Source of the DNA: a bacterium
Lineage (GTDB): Bacteria > Sysuimicrobiota > Sysuimicrobiia > Sysuimicrobiales > Segetimicrobiaceae
Assembly: GCA_035307765.1 (NCBI GenBank)
Contig: DATGHU010000031.1
Location: 1,345-65,344, forward strand
Length of the DNA stretch: 64,000 nt
Reading direction: 5' to 3'
Within the stretch, counting starts at the first letter, position 1; the number at the start of each line of letters is the position of its first letter. A program made the position numbers and the translations under genes. Positions 55,997-64,000 of the stretch are shown in pieces. A model generated the notes under the pieces. It worked only from the letters and a program-made list of their open reading frames with translations, ran no database searches and was not told the DNA's origin.

Positions 55997-57058
55997 ATGA
56001 CACCCGAGTTGGAGGCCGCCCACATGGATTGGGAGCGTCGCCGTCGTCCCTTGGAAAGCGTGCTGGACACCGCAGGCCTGACCCCGCTGGTGCGCCTCCG
56101 GCGGGTGGCGGGCGATCTTGCCGCGGCCGTGCTGGGCAAACTCGAGTACTTCGGCCCCAGCGGCAGCGTGAAGGATCGCATCCTGCCGTTCTTGGTGGAG
56201 CAGGCGGAACGCCGCGGCGACCTGCGGCCCGGTATGACGATCATCGAAGGCACGACCGGTAACACCGGGATCGCCACGGCGATGGTGGGGGCGGCCAAAG
56301 GCTATCGGGTGATCATCGTGATGCCGGAAGGCATGAGCCGCGAGCGTCAGCAGACGATCCAGGCGTACGGCGCGGAACTGGTGCTGACGCCGGGCGGCGA
56401 GAGCGATGTGGACCTGGTGCTCGAGAAGGTGCGGCAGCTGAAGGCGGATCACGCGGGGCGCATGTGGGAGGTGGGTCAGTTCTCGAACCAGGACAACGTC
56501 CTTGCGCACCGCCGCTCGACCGGGCCGGAGATTTGGGAGCAGACCGACGGCCGCGTCGATGCGTTCGTCGCCTCGCAGGGGACGGGGGGGACGCTCACCG
56601 GGGTCAGCGCCTGCCTGAAGGAGCAGAAGCCCTCGGTTCGTAGCTTCGCCGCCGAGCCGGCGGAATGCGCGATCCTGGCCGGTCGGGGGTGGGGACCGCA
56701 CAAGATCGAGGGGATCGGGGACGGCTTCATCCCTGACGTCCTCGATCTGCAATGGGTCGACGGGGTCGTGACCGTCTCCTCCGATGAGGCGATCGCCATG
56801 GCACGGCGTTTGGCGCGGGAAGAGGGGATTTTCTGCGGCATCTCCTCGGGGTGCAACGTCGTGGCGTGCCTCAAGGTCGCGCGCGCCTATCCCGAGCTTC
56901 GGACGATCGTGACGATGATCAACGACAACGGGCTGCGCTACCTCTCGACCGAGCTCGTCGGCAATCGGGGGGCGGTGGAGACCCCCTCGCGGGCCCACCC
57001 CCCCCGCCCGGAGGATCTGCGGCGGCTTTCCGCGCGGCGGCTGGTCGTCATCGACTGA
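55997..57058 (+). CDS. PLP-dependent cysteine synthase family protein (CysK/CysM-like)
   Basis: PLP lysine motif SGSVKDR. GTGGT phosphate-binding loop (QGTGGTLTG). 353 aa. Confidence 0.8.
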   Translation: MTPELEAAHMDWERRRRPLESVLDTAGLTPLVRLRRVAGDLAAAVLGKLEYFGPSGSVKDRILPFLVEQAERRGDLRPGMTIIEGTTGNTGIATAMVGAAKGYRVIIVMPEGMSRERQQTIQAYGAELVLTPGGESDVDLVLEKVRQLKADHAGRMWEVGQFSNQDNVLAHRRSTGPEIWEQTDGRVDAFVASQGTGGTLTGVSACLKEQKPSVRSFAAEPAECAILAGRGWGPHKIEGIGDGFIPDVLDLQWVDGVVTVSSDEAIAMARRLAREEGIFCGISSGCNVVACLKVARAYPELRTIVTMINDNGLRYLSTELVGNRGAVETPSRAHPPRPEDLRRLSARRLVVID

Positions 57059-57365
57059 TCGGTCCCGGGGGGTCGCAAGGGAACTTTTCGGCCCGCCGAG
57101 AACGTAAGAGGGCCAGGGCCCGGGTCCGGAGAGCGTCGGTGGCGCGTGTGCCCGCCGGGGATCCCCGGGTGGCTTATGCTGGCCTTGGAGATCGAGCGGG
57201 CCCCCGGAATTGCAGGGTGTCGGCGGCGCCCGGACTGAAACTCGTAAACGGTCGGGCTGAAGGGGGTGAGCAGGGCGAAGTTTATCCCGAAGCCCGTGAG
57301 CGTGCGATGTTCCTGGACCAAGACAAGGACCACAACCGAATCGTGAGAGGGAGGGACGAACGCCT

Positions 57366-58628
57366 ATGGTGCGCTTGAGCAAGTCGATCATGCTGGTTTT
57401 GTGTGCCGTTCTCGCGACCGGTGCGCTCTTCGTCACAGCCGTGCCGGCGGCTCAGATGGGCCCGGTGACCGACCCGATTGGGGTCGTGAAGGTCGGGCCG
57501 GGCGAGCCGATTACGATCGCCTACTGGCTGGTGACCTCGGGGTCCGACGGCTCGCTGGGCACCGACAGTAAGCGGGGCATCGAGATCGCCATCGATGACA
57601 TGCACGGGAAGTTCATGGGACACGACATCAAGCTGATCGGCGAGGACAGCGGCTGCAACGCCGAGGGCGGGCAGACCGCGGCGACGAAGGTCGCCGCGAA
57701 CGCGTCCGTGGTGGTGGCGATCGGCGGGAGCTGCTCGAGCGAGACCGTGCCCGGCGCGCCGATCCTGTGGAAGGCCGGCATCGCCTCGGTGTCGCCCTCT
57801 GCCACGGCGCCGAAGCTCACCGATCCGGCCCGCGGTCCGGATTTCGACGGGTTCCTGCGGGTCGTGCACAACGACAAGGTCCAGGGCGAACGCGCGGCGA
57901 CGTTCGTGCGCACGGTGCTGAAGCTCAATCGGGTGGCAACGATCCACGACGGAAGCCCGTACGCGGAGGGGCTGACGAGCGTCTTCGCCGACAACTTCAA
58001 GAAGATGGGCGGGACGATCACCACACAGGAGGCGGTCGCGCCCACCGACACGGACATGCGGCCGGTGCTCACCCGGATCGCCTCGACCAAGCCAGACATG
58101 CTGTACTACCCGATCTTCATCGCCGCCGGCGGGTTTATCACGCGTCAGTCGCGCGAGATCGAGGGGCTGAAGACCGTGACGCTGATGGGCGCGGACGGGC
58201 TGGATTCGCCGGACTTCGCCAAGGCGGCGGGGGACGCGGCCAAGGGCATGTACTTGAGCAGCCCGGACCTGACCCCCGCGGCGCTGGGGCCGCGGTACGG
58301 GACGGAGTTTCTCCCGAAGTACGAGAAGAAGTACGGGCAGAAGCCGATCTCCGGCTTCCACGCGCATGCCTACGACGCGACGATGGTCGCGTTTGCCGCG
58401 ATCCAGAAGGTCGCGAAGGTCGACGGCGGGTCGCTGTACATCGGGCGGAAGGCGCTGCGCGACGCGCTGTTCGCGACCAAGGGGTTTAAGGGTATTACCG
58501 GGACGTTGACCTGCAACCAGTACGGAGACTGCGGAGATCCGCACATCGCCGTCTATCAGGTCGTCTCCGCGAATCCCGCGACGTGGAGCTTGGGGACCGA
58601 TCCCAAGAAGGTCTGGCCGACCAAGTAG
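57366..58628 (+). CDS. branched-chain amino acid ABC transporter substrate-binding protein (LivJ/LivK family)
   Basis: Signal peptide MVRLSKSIMLVLCAVLATGALFVTAVPAAQ. Type I periplasmic binding fold. Confidence 0.8.
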   Translation: MVRLSKSIMLVLCAVLATGALFVTAVPAAQMGPVTDPIGVVKVGPGEPITIAYWLVTSGSDGSLGTDSKRGIEIAIDDMHGKFMGHDIKLIGEDSGCNAEGGQTAATKVAANASVVVAIGGSCSSETVPGAPILWKAGIASVSPSATAPKLTDPARGPDFDGFLRVVHNDKVQGERAATFVRTVLKLNRVATIHDGSPYAEGLTSVFADNFKKMGGTITTQEAVAPTDTDMRPVLTRIASTKPDMLYYPIFIAAGGFITRQSREIEGLKTVTLMGADGLDSPDFAKAAGDAAKGMYLSSPDLTPAALGPRYGTEFLPKYEKKYGQKPISGFHAHAYDATMVAFAAIQKVAKVDGGSLYIGRKALRDALFATKGFKGITGTLTCNQYGDCGDPHIAVYQVVSANPATWSLGTDPKKVWPTK

Positions 58629-58743
58629 CGTGCCGGGCACCTGACGACACCAGCGTAGAAGCGTAGATGACGGGGATGAGCCGGGGGCGCGTGACGTCTT
58701 CGGCTCGTCCCCGTGTTATTCCCGTGGGGCGCGGAGGGCCGGG

Positions 58744-59802
58744 ATGCGGGTGAGGCGCCGACGGATCACGTACGTGGACGTTTTCCTGTGGGGGTTCCGC
58801 ATCGCGGTGGTGTTCATCGTGGTGGTCGGGTCGATCGCCACCTTGAAAGAGGGACGCTACACGGGGCGGCAGTGGGGGGATTTCGTGGAGTTCGGGTTGG
58901 CGCAGGGTGGGATCTACGCGCTGATCGCCCTCGGATACACGATGGTATACGGGGTCCTGAACATGATCAACTTCGCCCACGGCGAGGTGTTCATGTCCGG
59001 GGCGTACATCGCCTACTACGTGGCGGTTCCGCTGGGCGCCTCCGGATTCATCAATCGCTACGTGCTGATCTCGCTGCTCCTCCTCACGGCGGTGGCGATC
59101 GCGGTGTCGACGAGCGTCGCCCTGCTGGTGGAGCGAATCGCCTACCGGCCGCTGCGGCGGGCGCCGCGGATGATCCCGCTGATCACCGCGATCGGCGCGT
59201 CGTTTTTCCTCCAGTACACCTTCCGCAGCTTGTTCGGCGCCGGCGTCCAAGCGTACCCGGACATTGGCGCGCTGACCGGCGAGTGGCAGATCGGGCCGGT
59301 GCACATTCTCCGGACGCAGGCCATCGTGCTGGTGGCCGCGGTCGTGGCGATGCTGGTGCTGTACGTGGTCGTGATGCGGACGAAGTTCGGGAAGGCGATG
59401 CGGGCGGTGTCGGAGGATCGGGACGCGGCCGCGTTGATGGGGATCGACGTCGACCGGGTCATCGTGTTCACCTTTGCCCTCGGCGGGGCGATGGCGGGGG
59501 TGGGGGGGATCCTCTACGCCTTGGTGTTCAAGCAGGTCTACTTCTTCTCGGGGTTCGTCCCCGGGATCAAGGCCTTCACGGCCGCGGTGTTGGGCGGGAT
59601 CGGCAACATCCCCGGGGCGATGCTCGGCGGGTTCTTCCTGGGAGTGGTGGAGTCGCTGGGGCCGGCGCTGTTTCTGGACGGGCTGGGCGTCCGGGCGCCC
59701 TATCAACTGCGGGACGTCATCGCATTCACGATGCTGCTGATCATGCTGATCTTCCGGCCGTCGGGGTTCCTCGGGGAGCGCCTTGCGACCAAGCGGGCCT
59801 AG
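58744..59802 (+). CDS. livH: branched-chain amino acid ABC transporter permease (LivH-like)
   Basis: LivH-family core (GIYALIALGYTMVYGVLNMINFAHGE). Confidence 0.8.
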   Translation: MRVRRRRITYVDVFLWGFRIAVVFIVVVGSIATLKEGRYTGRQWGDFVEFGLAQGGIYALIALGYTMVYGVLNMINFAHGEVFMSGAYIAYYVAVPLGASGFINRYVLISLLLLTAVAIAVSTSVALLVERIAYRPLRRAPRMIPLITAIGASFFLQYTFRSLFGAGVQAYPDIGALTGEWQIGPVHILRTQAIVLVAAVVAMLVLYVVVMRTKFGKAMRAVSEDRDAAALMGIDVDRVIVFTFALGGAMAGVGGILYALVFKQVYFFSGFVPGIKAFTAAVLGGIGNIPGAMLGGFFLGVVESLGPALFLDGLGVRAPYQLRDVIAFTMLLIMLIFRPSGFLGERLATKRA

Positions 59803-61489
59803 CGCCGTCGTCCGGATCGGCCTGATCTTCGGGGTGATCGCGGTCTACCTGTGTTTGACCGGCATCGTCGAGACGTTCAAGGGGCGTTGGATCGTCAGCG
59901 ATCTGCTGGGCTTGGGATGGTCGTTGCTGCTGATCACCGGGGCGGCGGGGGGGTACGTCGCGGCGCGCCGCCGGTCCTGGGCGGGAGCGGTGGCCGCCGG
60001 CGGAGGCGTGGGCCTCCTCACAGGGGCGTCGCTCGCGCTGCTCCTGCTGCTCGGCTCCTGGGTCGATCTTCGCGTGATGTTCATAAACGCTTCGCCGGGC
60101 CTCTACGCCCTGTTGGCGTTCGGCCGCGATGTCCGCACGGGGGTAGGGCTGCTGCTGTTCAGCCAGGGGGCGGCGGGGGTCTGTGGAGCGCTCCTCTGTC
60201 TCATGCCGCCGCGAGCCCGCCGGGCCCTCCTGGTGGGTCCGCTTGCGGCGCTGATCCTCAGCGTGTTCCAGGATCTCCTCCAACTCCTCTTGCAGGATCC
60301 GGGGCTTCCCCTGACGGCCCGCGGATACCTCTTCGGCGTCAACGGGCCGACGCTGCACGGGGCGGTCACGGTCTGCCTGGTGACCTGGGTCGGCACCGGG
60401 GCCTGGCGCCACTCGCGGGGCGCGGTTCGTACCCGAATCGACGCGCTCCCCCCGGCGGGTCGGCGCGGGTTGTGGTGGTCGGGAATCGCGGTGGGCGTCG
60501 CCTGCCTCTTGCTGGTCCCCGTGGCGGGGGGACCGTTCGTCGCGCAGGTGATGGTGACGGTGGGCTTGTTCACCCTGATGGGGCTGGGGCTCAATCTGGA
60601 GGTCGGGTTCGCCGGACTGCTCGACCTCGGCTTCGTCGCATTCTTCGCGATCGGCGCCTACACGGTCGGGCTGCTTACCTCGCTCGGCCAGTACGGGATC
60701 GTGCACCTCTCGTTCTGGGCCGCGGTCCCGTTCGCCGTCGTCGTCTCCCTGATCTCGGGGGTGATCTTCGGGATTCCCGTCCTGCGCGTGCGGGGCGACT
60801 ATCTCGCCATCGCCACGCTGGGGCTGGGGGAGATCGTGCGCCTGCTCGTGCTCTCCGACGCCCTGCGGCCGTGGCTCGGCGGCTCGTTCGGAATCCTCAC
60901 CATTCCCCGGCCGGTGATCGCCGGCCTCGAGCTGTCCGGCCCTCGCCAGCTCTATTACCTCACGCTTGCCGCATCGGCGCTGGTGGCGTACGTGGCCTGG
61001 CGGCTGCAGTACTCTCGGTTGGGGCGGGCGTGGGGGGCGATCCGCGAGGACGAGGACGTCGCGCAGGCGATCGGCATCGACCTGGTCATGACCAAACTGC
61101 TGGCGTACGGTCTCGGAGCGGCGTTCGCGGGGGTGGGGGGAGCGATCTTCGCGGTGATGCTGGGATCGATCTTCCCGCAGAGCTTCCAGCTGCAGATCTC
61201 GATCAACGTCCTGGTCCTGATCATCTTGGGCGGGATCGGGAGCCTCTGGGGGGTGGTCGTCGGCGCCTTCGTGCTCGTGGGCCTGCCGGAGCTGCTGCGC
61301 GAGTTCGGGGAGTTCCGCTTCCTCGTCTACGGCGCGGTGCTGGTGGCGATGATGCTGTTGCGGCCCGAGGGGCTGGTGCCGTCGAGGGTTCGCCAGCGAG
61401 AGCTGCATGCGGAGGGAGACGTTCCGGTGGGTGGCGTCATCTCCGTGCCCGAGGGATCGGTCGCGGGCGAGGGTTCGGCGGGAGGGTAA
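59783..61489 (+). CDS. livM: branched-chain amino acid ABC transporter permease (LivM-like) with long N-terminal polytopic extension
   Basis: Conserved LivM core begins around residue 270 (VMVTVGLFTLMGLGLNLEVGFAGLLDLGFVAFFAIGAY). Preceded by about 260 aa of additional TM helices in the same ORF. Confidence 0.75.
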   Translation: MRPSGPSAVVRIGLIFGVIAVYLCLTGIVETFKGRWIVSDLLGLGWSLLLITGAAGGYVAARRRSWAGAVAAGGGVGLLTGASLALLLLLGSWVDLRVMFINASPGLYALLAFGRDVRTGVGLLLFSQGAAGVCGALLCLMPPRARRALLVGPLAALILSVFQDLLQLLLQDPGLPLTARGYLFGVNGPTLHGAVTVCLVTWVGTGAWRHSRGAVRTRIDALPPAGRRGLWWSGIAVGVACLLLVPVAGGPFVAQVMVTVGLFTLMGLGLNLEVGFAGLLDLGFVAFFAIGAYTVGLLTSLGQYGIVHLSFWAAVPFAVVVSLISGVIFGIPVLRVRGDYLAIATLGLGEIVRLLVLSDALRPWLGGSFGILTIPRPVIAGLELSGPRQLYYLTLAASALVAYVAWRLQYSRLGRAWGAIREDEDVAQAIGIDLVMTKLLAYGLGAAFAGVGGAIFAVMLGSIFPQSFQLQISINVLVLIILGGIGSLWGVVVGAFVLVGLPELLREFGEFRFLVYGAVLVAMMLLRPEGLVPSRVRQRELHAEGDVPVGGVISVPEGSVAGEGSAGG

Positions 61490-61498
61490 GGCGGCGCG

Positions 61499-62281
61499 AT
61501 GAGCATTTTGATCACCCAGGGCATGACGAAGCGGTTCGGGGGGCTCGTGGCCGTCGGCGGGCTTGATCTGGAGGTGGCCGACCGGGCGATCCACAGCATC
61601 ATCGGACCCAACGGCGCCGGCAAGACCACGGTGTTCAATTGCGTGACGGGGTTCTATCGGCCGGAGGAGGGGGCGATCCACTTCCGCGGCGAGCCGATCA
61701 ACGGGCTCGATCCCGACCAGATCGCCCGCCTGGGGATCGCGCGGACCTACCAGAACATCCGGCTCTTCGGCAACATGACCGTGCTCGAGAACGTGCTGGT
61801 CGGCGAACACATCCACCTTAAGTCGACGTGGATGGGCGCGATCCTGCACACCCGAGAGACGCAGCGGTTGGAGGCGGAGGCGGTAGAGGAAGCGCGCCGG
61901 CTGCTCCGGTTTGTGGGGTTGGACGGCAAGCGGGAGTTCTTGGCGAAGAATCTCCCCTACGGCGAGCAGCGCCGGCTGGAGATCGGACGCGCGCTGGCGA
62001 CGCGGCCCGCCCTGCTGCTGCTCGACGAGCCGGCCGCCGGGATGAACCCCCGCGAGAGCCTGGAGACGATGGCGTTTATCGGCCGGCTGCGCGAAGAACT
62101 CGGCCTGGCCATCCTGCTGATCGAGCACCAGATGCGGGTGGTGATGGGGATTTCCGATCGGGTCACCGTGCTCGACTACGGGGTGAAGATCGCCGAGGGC
62201 ACCCCCCGGGAGATCCAGGCCGATCCCCGCGTGATCGAAGCCTACCTCGGCAAGAAGGCCGCGATGGGAACCGCGCGGTGA
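61499..62281 (+). CDS. livG: branched-chain amino acid ABC transporter ATP-binding protein LivG
   Basis: Walker A GPNGAGKTT. LivG-specific insert. Signature YGEQRRLEIGRAL. Confidence 0.85.
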   Translation: MSILITQGMTKRFGGLVAVGGLDLEVADRAIHSIIGPNGAGKTTVFNCVTGFYRPEEGAIHFRGEPINGLDPDQIARLGIARTYQNIRLFGNMTVLENVLVGEHIHLKSTWMGAILHTRETQRLEAEAVEEARRLLRFVGLDGKREFLAKNLPYGEQRRLEIGRALATRPALLLLDEPAAGMNPRESLETMAFIGRLREELGLAILLIEHQMRVVMGISDRVTVLDYGVKIAEGTPREIQADPRVIEAYLGKKAAMGTAR

Positions 62282-63006
62282 CCGACCACCCCGCTTCGGC
62301 CCTGCTGGAGATCGAGGACCTCCACGTGTCCTACGGGGCGATCCACGCGCTGCGCGGGGTGTCGTTCGAAGTGGCGGCGGGTAAGATCGTCACCCTGATC
62401 GGGGCCAACGGCGCCGGCAAGAGTACGACCTTGAACACGATCAGCGGGCTGCTCCGCCCCCACCAGGGCCGGGTGCGGATGGCGGGGGAGGACCTCACCG
62501 CGGTCCCCCCGCACGAGATCGTGCTCAAAGGAATCGTCCAGGTGCCGGAGGGGCGCCGCATCTTCGGGCGGCTCTCGGTCCTGGAAAATCTGGAGATGGG
62601 CGCGTTTACGCGGACGGACGCGGGTGAGATTCGGGAGGATCTCGCCCGCGTCTTTGCCCTTTTCCCCCGCCTGAAGGAGCGGATGCACCAGGTCGCCGGC
62701 ACGCTCTCCGGGGGGGAGCAGCAGATGCTCGCCATGGGCCGCGCGCTGATGGCCCGGCCCAAGGTGCTGCTGATGGACGAGCCGTCGATGGGGCTGGCTC
62801 CCATCCTGGTCGAGCAGATCTTCGAGGCGATCCTCGACATCAACCGTCAGGGGACGACGATCCTGCTCGTCGAACAGAACGCCTATATGGCGCTGACCAT
62901 CGCCGACCGCGGCTACGTCCTCCAGACCGGCGGCATCGTCCTCCAAGGCGAGGCGGCCCAGCTCGCCGCCAACGAGGAGGTCAAGCGTGCCTACCTGGGA
63001 GAGTGA
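62278..63006 (+). CDS. livF: branched-chain amino acid ABC transporter ATP-binding protein LivF
   Basis: GTG start overlapping livG stop (GTGA). GANGAGKST, LSGGEQQMLAMGRAL. Confidence 0.85.
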   Translation: MTDHPASALLEIEDLHVSYGAIHALRGVSFEVAAGKIVTLIGANGAGKSTTLNTISGLLRPHQGRVRMAGEDLTAVPPHEIVLKGIVQVPEGRRIFGRLSVLENLEMGAFTRTDAGEIREDLARVFALFPRLKERMHQVAGTLSGGEQQMLAMGRALMARPKVLLMDEPSMGLAPILVEQIFEAILDINRQGTTILLVEQNAYMALTIADRGYVLQTGGIVLQGEAAQLAANEEVKRAYLGE

Positions 63007-63043
63007 GGGCGTGCTCCGGGGGACGCTAGAGGAGGTGGGGTGC

Positions 63044-64000
63044 GTGTCGGTCACAGAGACGCGGCAGGGGACGGTGACGCGGTTGACGGGAGGCCAGGCC
63101 CTGGTCGCGTGCCTCAAGGCGCAGGGGATCGAGGTGGTGTTCGGCCTGCCGGGGGTGCAGCTGGACTGGCTGTTCGACGCGCTCTACCTCGAGCGTGACG
63201 CGATCCGCGTGGTGCACACGCGCCACGAACAGGCGACCTCTTACATGGCCGACGGTTACGCCCGCACCACCGGCCGGGTGGGCGTCTGCGTGATGGTGCC
63301 CGGACCGGGCGTATTGAACGCCACCGCCGGGCTGGCGACGGCCTACGCCTGCTCGTCCCCGGTCCTGTGCTTGACCGGGCAGATCCCCTCCAAGCTGATC
63401 GGCGTCGGCCGCGGCCTGCTGCATGAGATCCGAGACCAGCTGGGGGCGCTCCGGTCGGTGACCAAGTGGGCGGCCCGGGCCAGCACACCCGAGGAGATCC
63501 CCGGGGTGGTGCTTGAGGCCTTTCGACAGCTGCACACCGGGCACGTGCGGCCGGTGGCGATCGAGGTTCCGCTGGATACGCTGGCGGCCACCGCGGACGT
63601 CACCCTAATCGGCCGCGTCGCGGGGGAGCGCCGGACCGGCGACGCCGACGCGATCGAACGCGCGGCCAAGGTGTTGGGCGCCGCCGAGCGCCCGAGCATC
63701 TTCGTTGGCGGCGGCGTGATTCGGGCGGAGGCCTGGGAGCCCCTGGGGCAACTGGCGGAGATGCTGCAGGCGCCGGTGGTCATGTCGAGCAACGGCAAGG
63801 GGGCGCTCTCCGACCGGCACTACCTCGCCCACACCATGGTCGCCGCCCAGGATCTGCTGCCGCAGTCCGACGCGGTGCTGATCTGCGGGACGCGCTTCCT
63901 CCAACCGGCGAACTCGACGTGGGGCCCGACGTGGAGCCGGCGCGACGGGCAGACGCTGGTTCAGATCGACATCGATCCTGAGGAGATCGGCCGCAACTGC
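63044..64000 (+). CDS. thiamine pyrophosphate-binding enzyme (acetolactate synthase large-subunit-like), 5' partial running off window
   Basis: GTG start after GGAGG. N-terminal Pyr domain GGQALVACLKAQGIEVVFGLPGVQLDWLFDAL ... paralogous to the 21405..23045 product. No stop within the window. Confidence 0.7.
   Translation, partial: MSVTETRQGTVTRLTGGQALVACLKAQGIEVVFGLPGVQLDWLFDALYLERDAIRVVHTRHEQATSYMADGYARTTGRVGVCVMVPGPGVLNATAGLATAYACSSPVLCLTGQIPSKLIGVGRGLLHEIRDQLGALRSVTKWAARASTPEEIPGVVLEAFRQLHTGHVRPVAIEVPLDTLAATADVTLIGRVAGERRTGDADAIERAAKVLGAAERPSIFVGGGVIRAEAWEPLGQLAEMLQAPVVMSSNGKGALSDRHYLAHTMVAAQDLLPQSDAVLICGTRFLQPANSTWGPTWSRRDGQTLVQIDIDPEEIGRNC

Noticed and set aside
59741-62128. 795-aa minus-strand ORF
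   Set aside because: Antisense to livM and livG. The product is dominated by Arg/Asp/Glu/Pro/His runs.
1-64000. Search for CRISPR arrays, IS elements, integrases, toxin-antitoxin pairs or known defence genes
   Set aside because: No regularly spaced direct repeats, no transposase or integrase-like ORFs, and no helicase, nuclease or NTPase clusters were found. The window reads as core metabolic and housekeeping genome.

Overview
This is a 64 kb, roughly 70% GC, densely packed bacterial chromosomal window with no transposases, integrases, CRISPR arrays or rRNA, and one tRNA. The six-frame track contains many spurious Arg/Pro/Gly-rich antisense ORFs. I placed gene starts from Shine-Dalgarno context (GGAGG-like) and family-typical N-termini, and many genes show translational coupling through ATGA/GTGA/TGATG overlaps. 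Printed line labels and the ORF-track coordinates disagree by one nucleotide in a few places, so coordinates are good to about ±1 nt.

Gene content, in order:
- An ECF sigma factor with a C-terminal repeat (TPR-like) extension, overlapped by a YciI-like gene, plus two tandem DoxX genes and a second YciI-like fragment at the window edge.
- A decayed stretch of about 1 kb containing a VOC/glyoxalase remnant.
- Two cytoplasmic BNR/Asp-box beta-propeller paralogs flanking a MoaD/CysO-like ubiquitin-fold protein that ends in Gly-Gly, a PPOX-family flavoprotein and a sarcosine-oxidase-like flavoenzyme.
- tRNA-Glu(CUC), followed by a low-GC non-coding tail.
- A ten-gene plus-strand operon (oxidoreductase, ABC importer, GDPD, IMPase, an unknown protein, a TIM-barrel isomerase and a cupin) that looks like an inositol-phosphate or glycerophosphodiester utilisation module.
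- mscL, hydrolases and an M23 peptidase preceded by a long leader.
- A TPP-enzyme/RraA-like pair, an MFS transporter and acetoin/pyruvate-type E1 alpha/beta subunits with no E2/E3.
- A complete Dpp/Opp-type peptide importer with an M28 aminopeptidase, and a divergent orphan permease pair behind a G-rich palindromic intergenic region.
- dinB with a textbook sigma-A promoter and a Cheo-type LexA box; hpt; HEAT-repeat, macro-domain and surE genes; ftsE-ftsX-ctp.
- gdh, proline dehydrogenase and an M20 peptidase.
- A CoA-transferase / LLM oxidoreductase / CoxMSL-type molybdo-hydroxylase catabolic cluster.
- A cysteine-synthase-like gene, a LivJHMGF branched-chain amino acid importer, and a partial TPP enzyme at the window end.

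The ftsEX-ctp synteny and the LexA box type suggest a high-GC Gram-positive-type lineage.

I see no canonical defence or mobile system. The most unusual candidates are the BNR-propeller / MoaD-GG coupling and the uncharacterised, translationally coupled gene inside the inositol-like operon.
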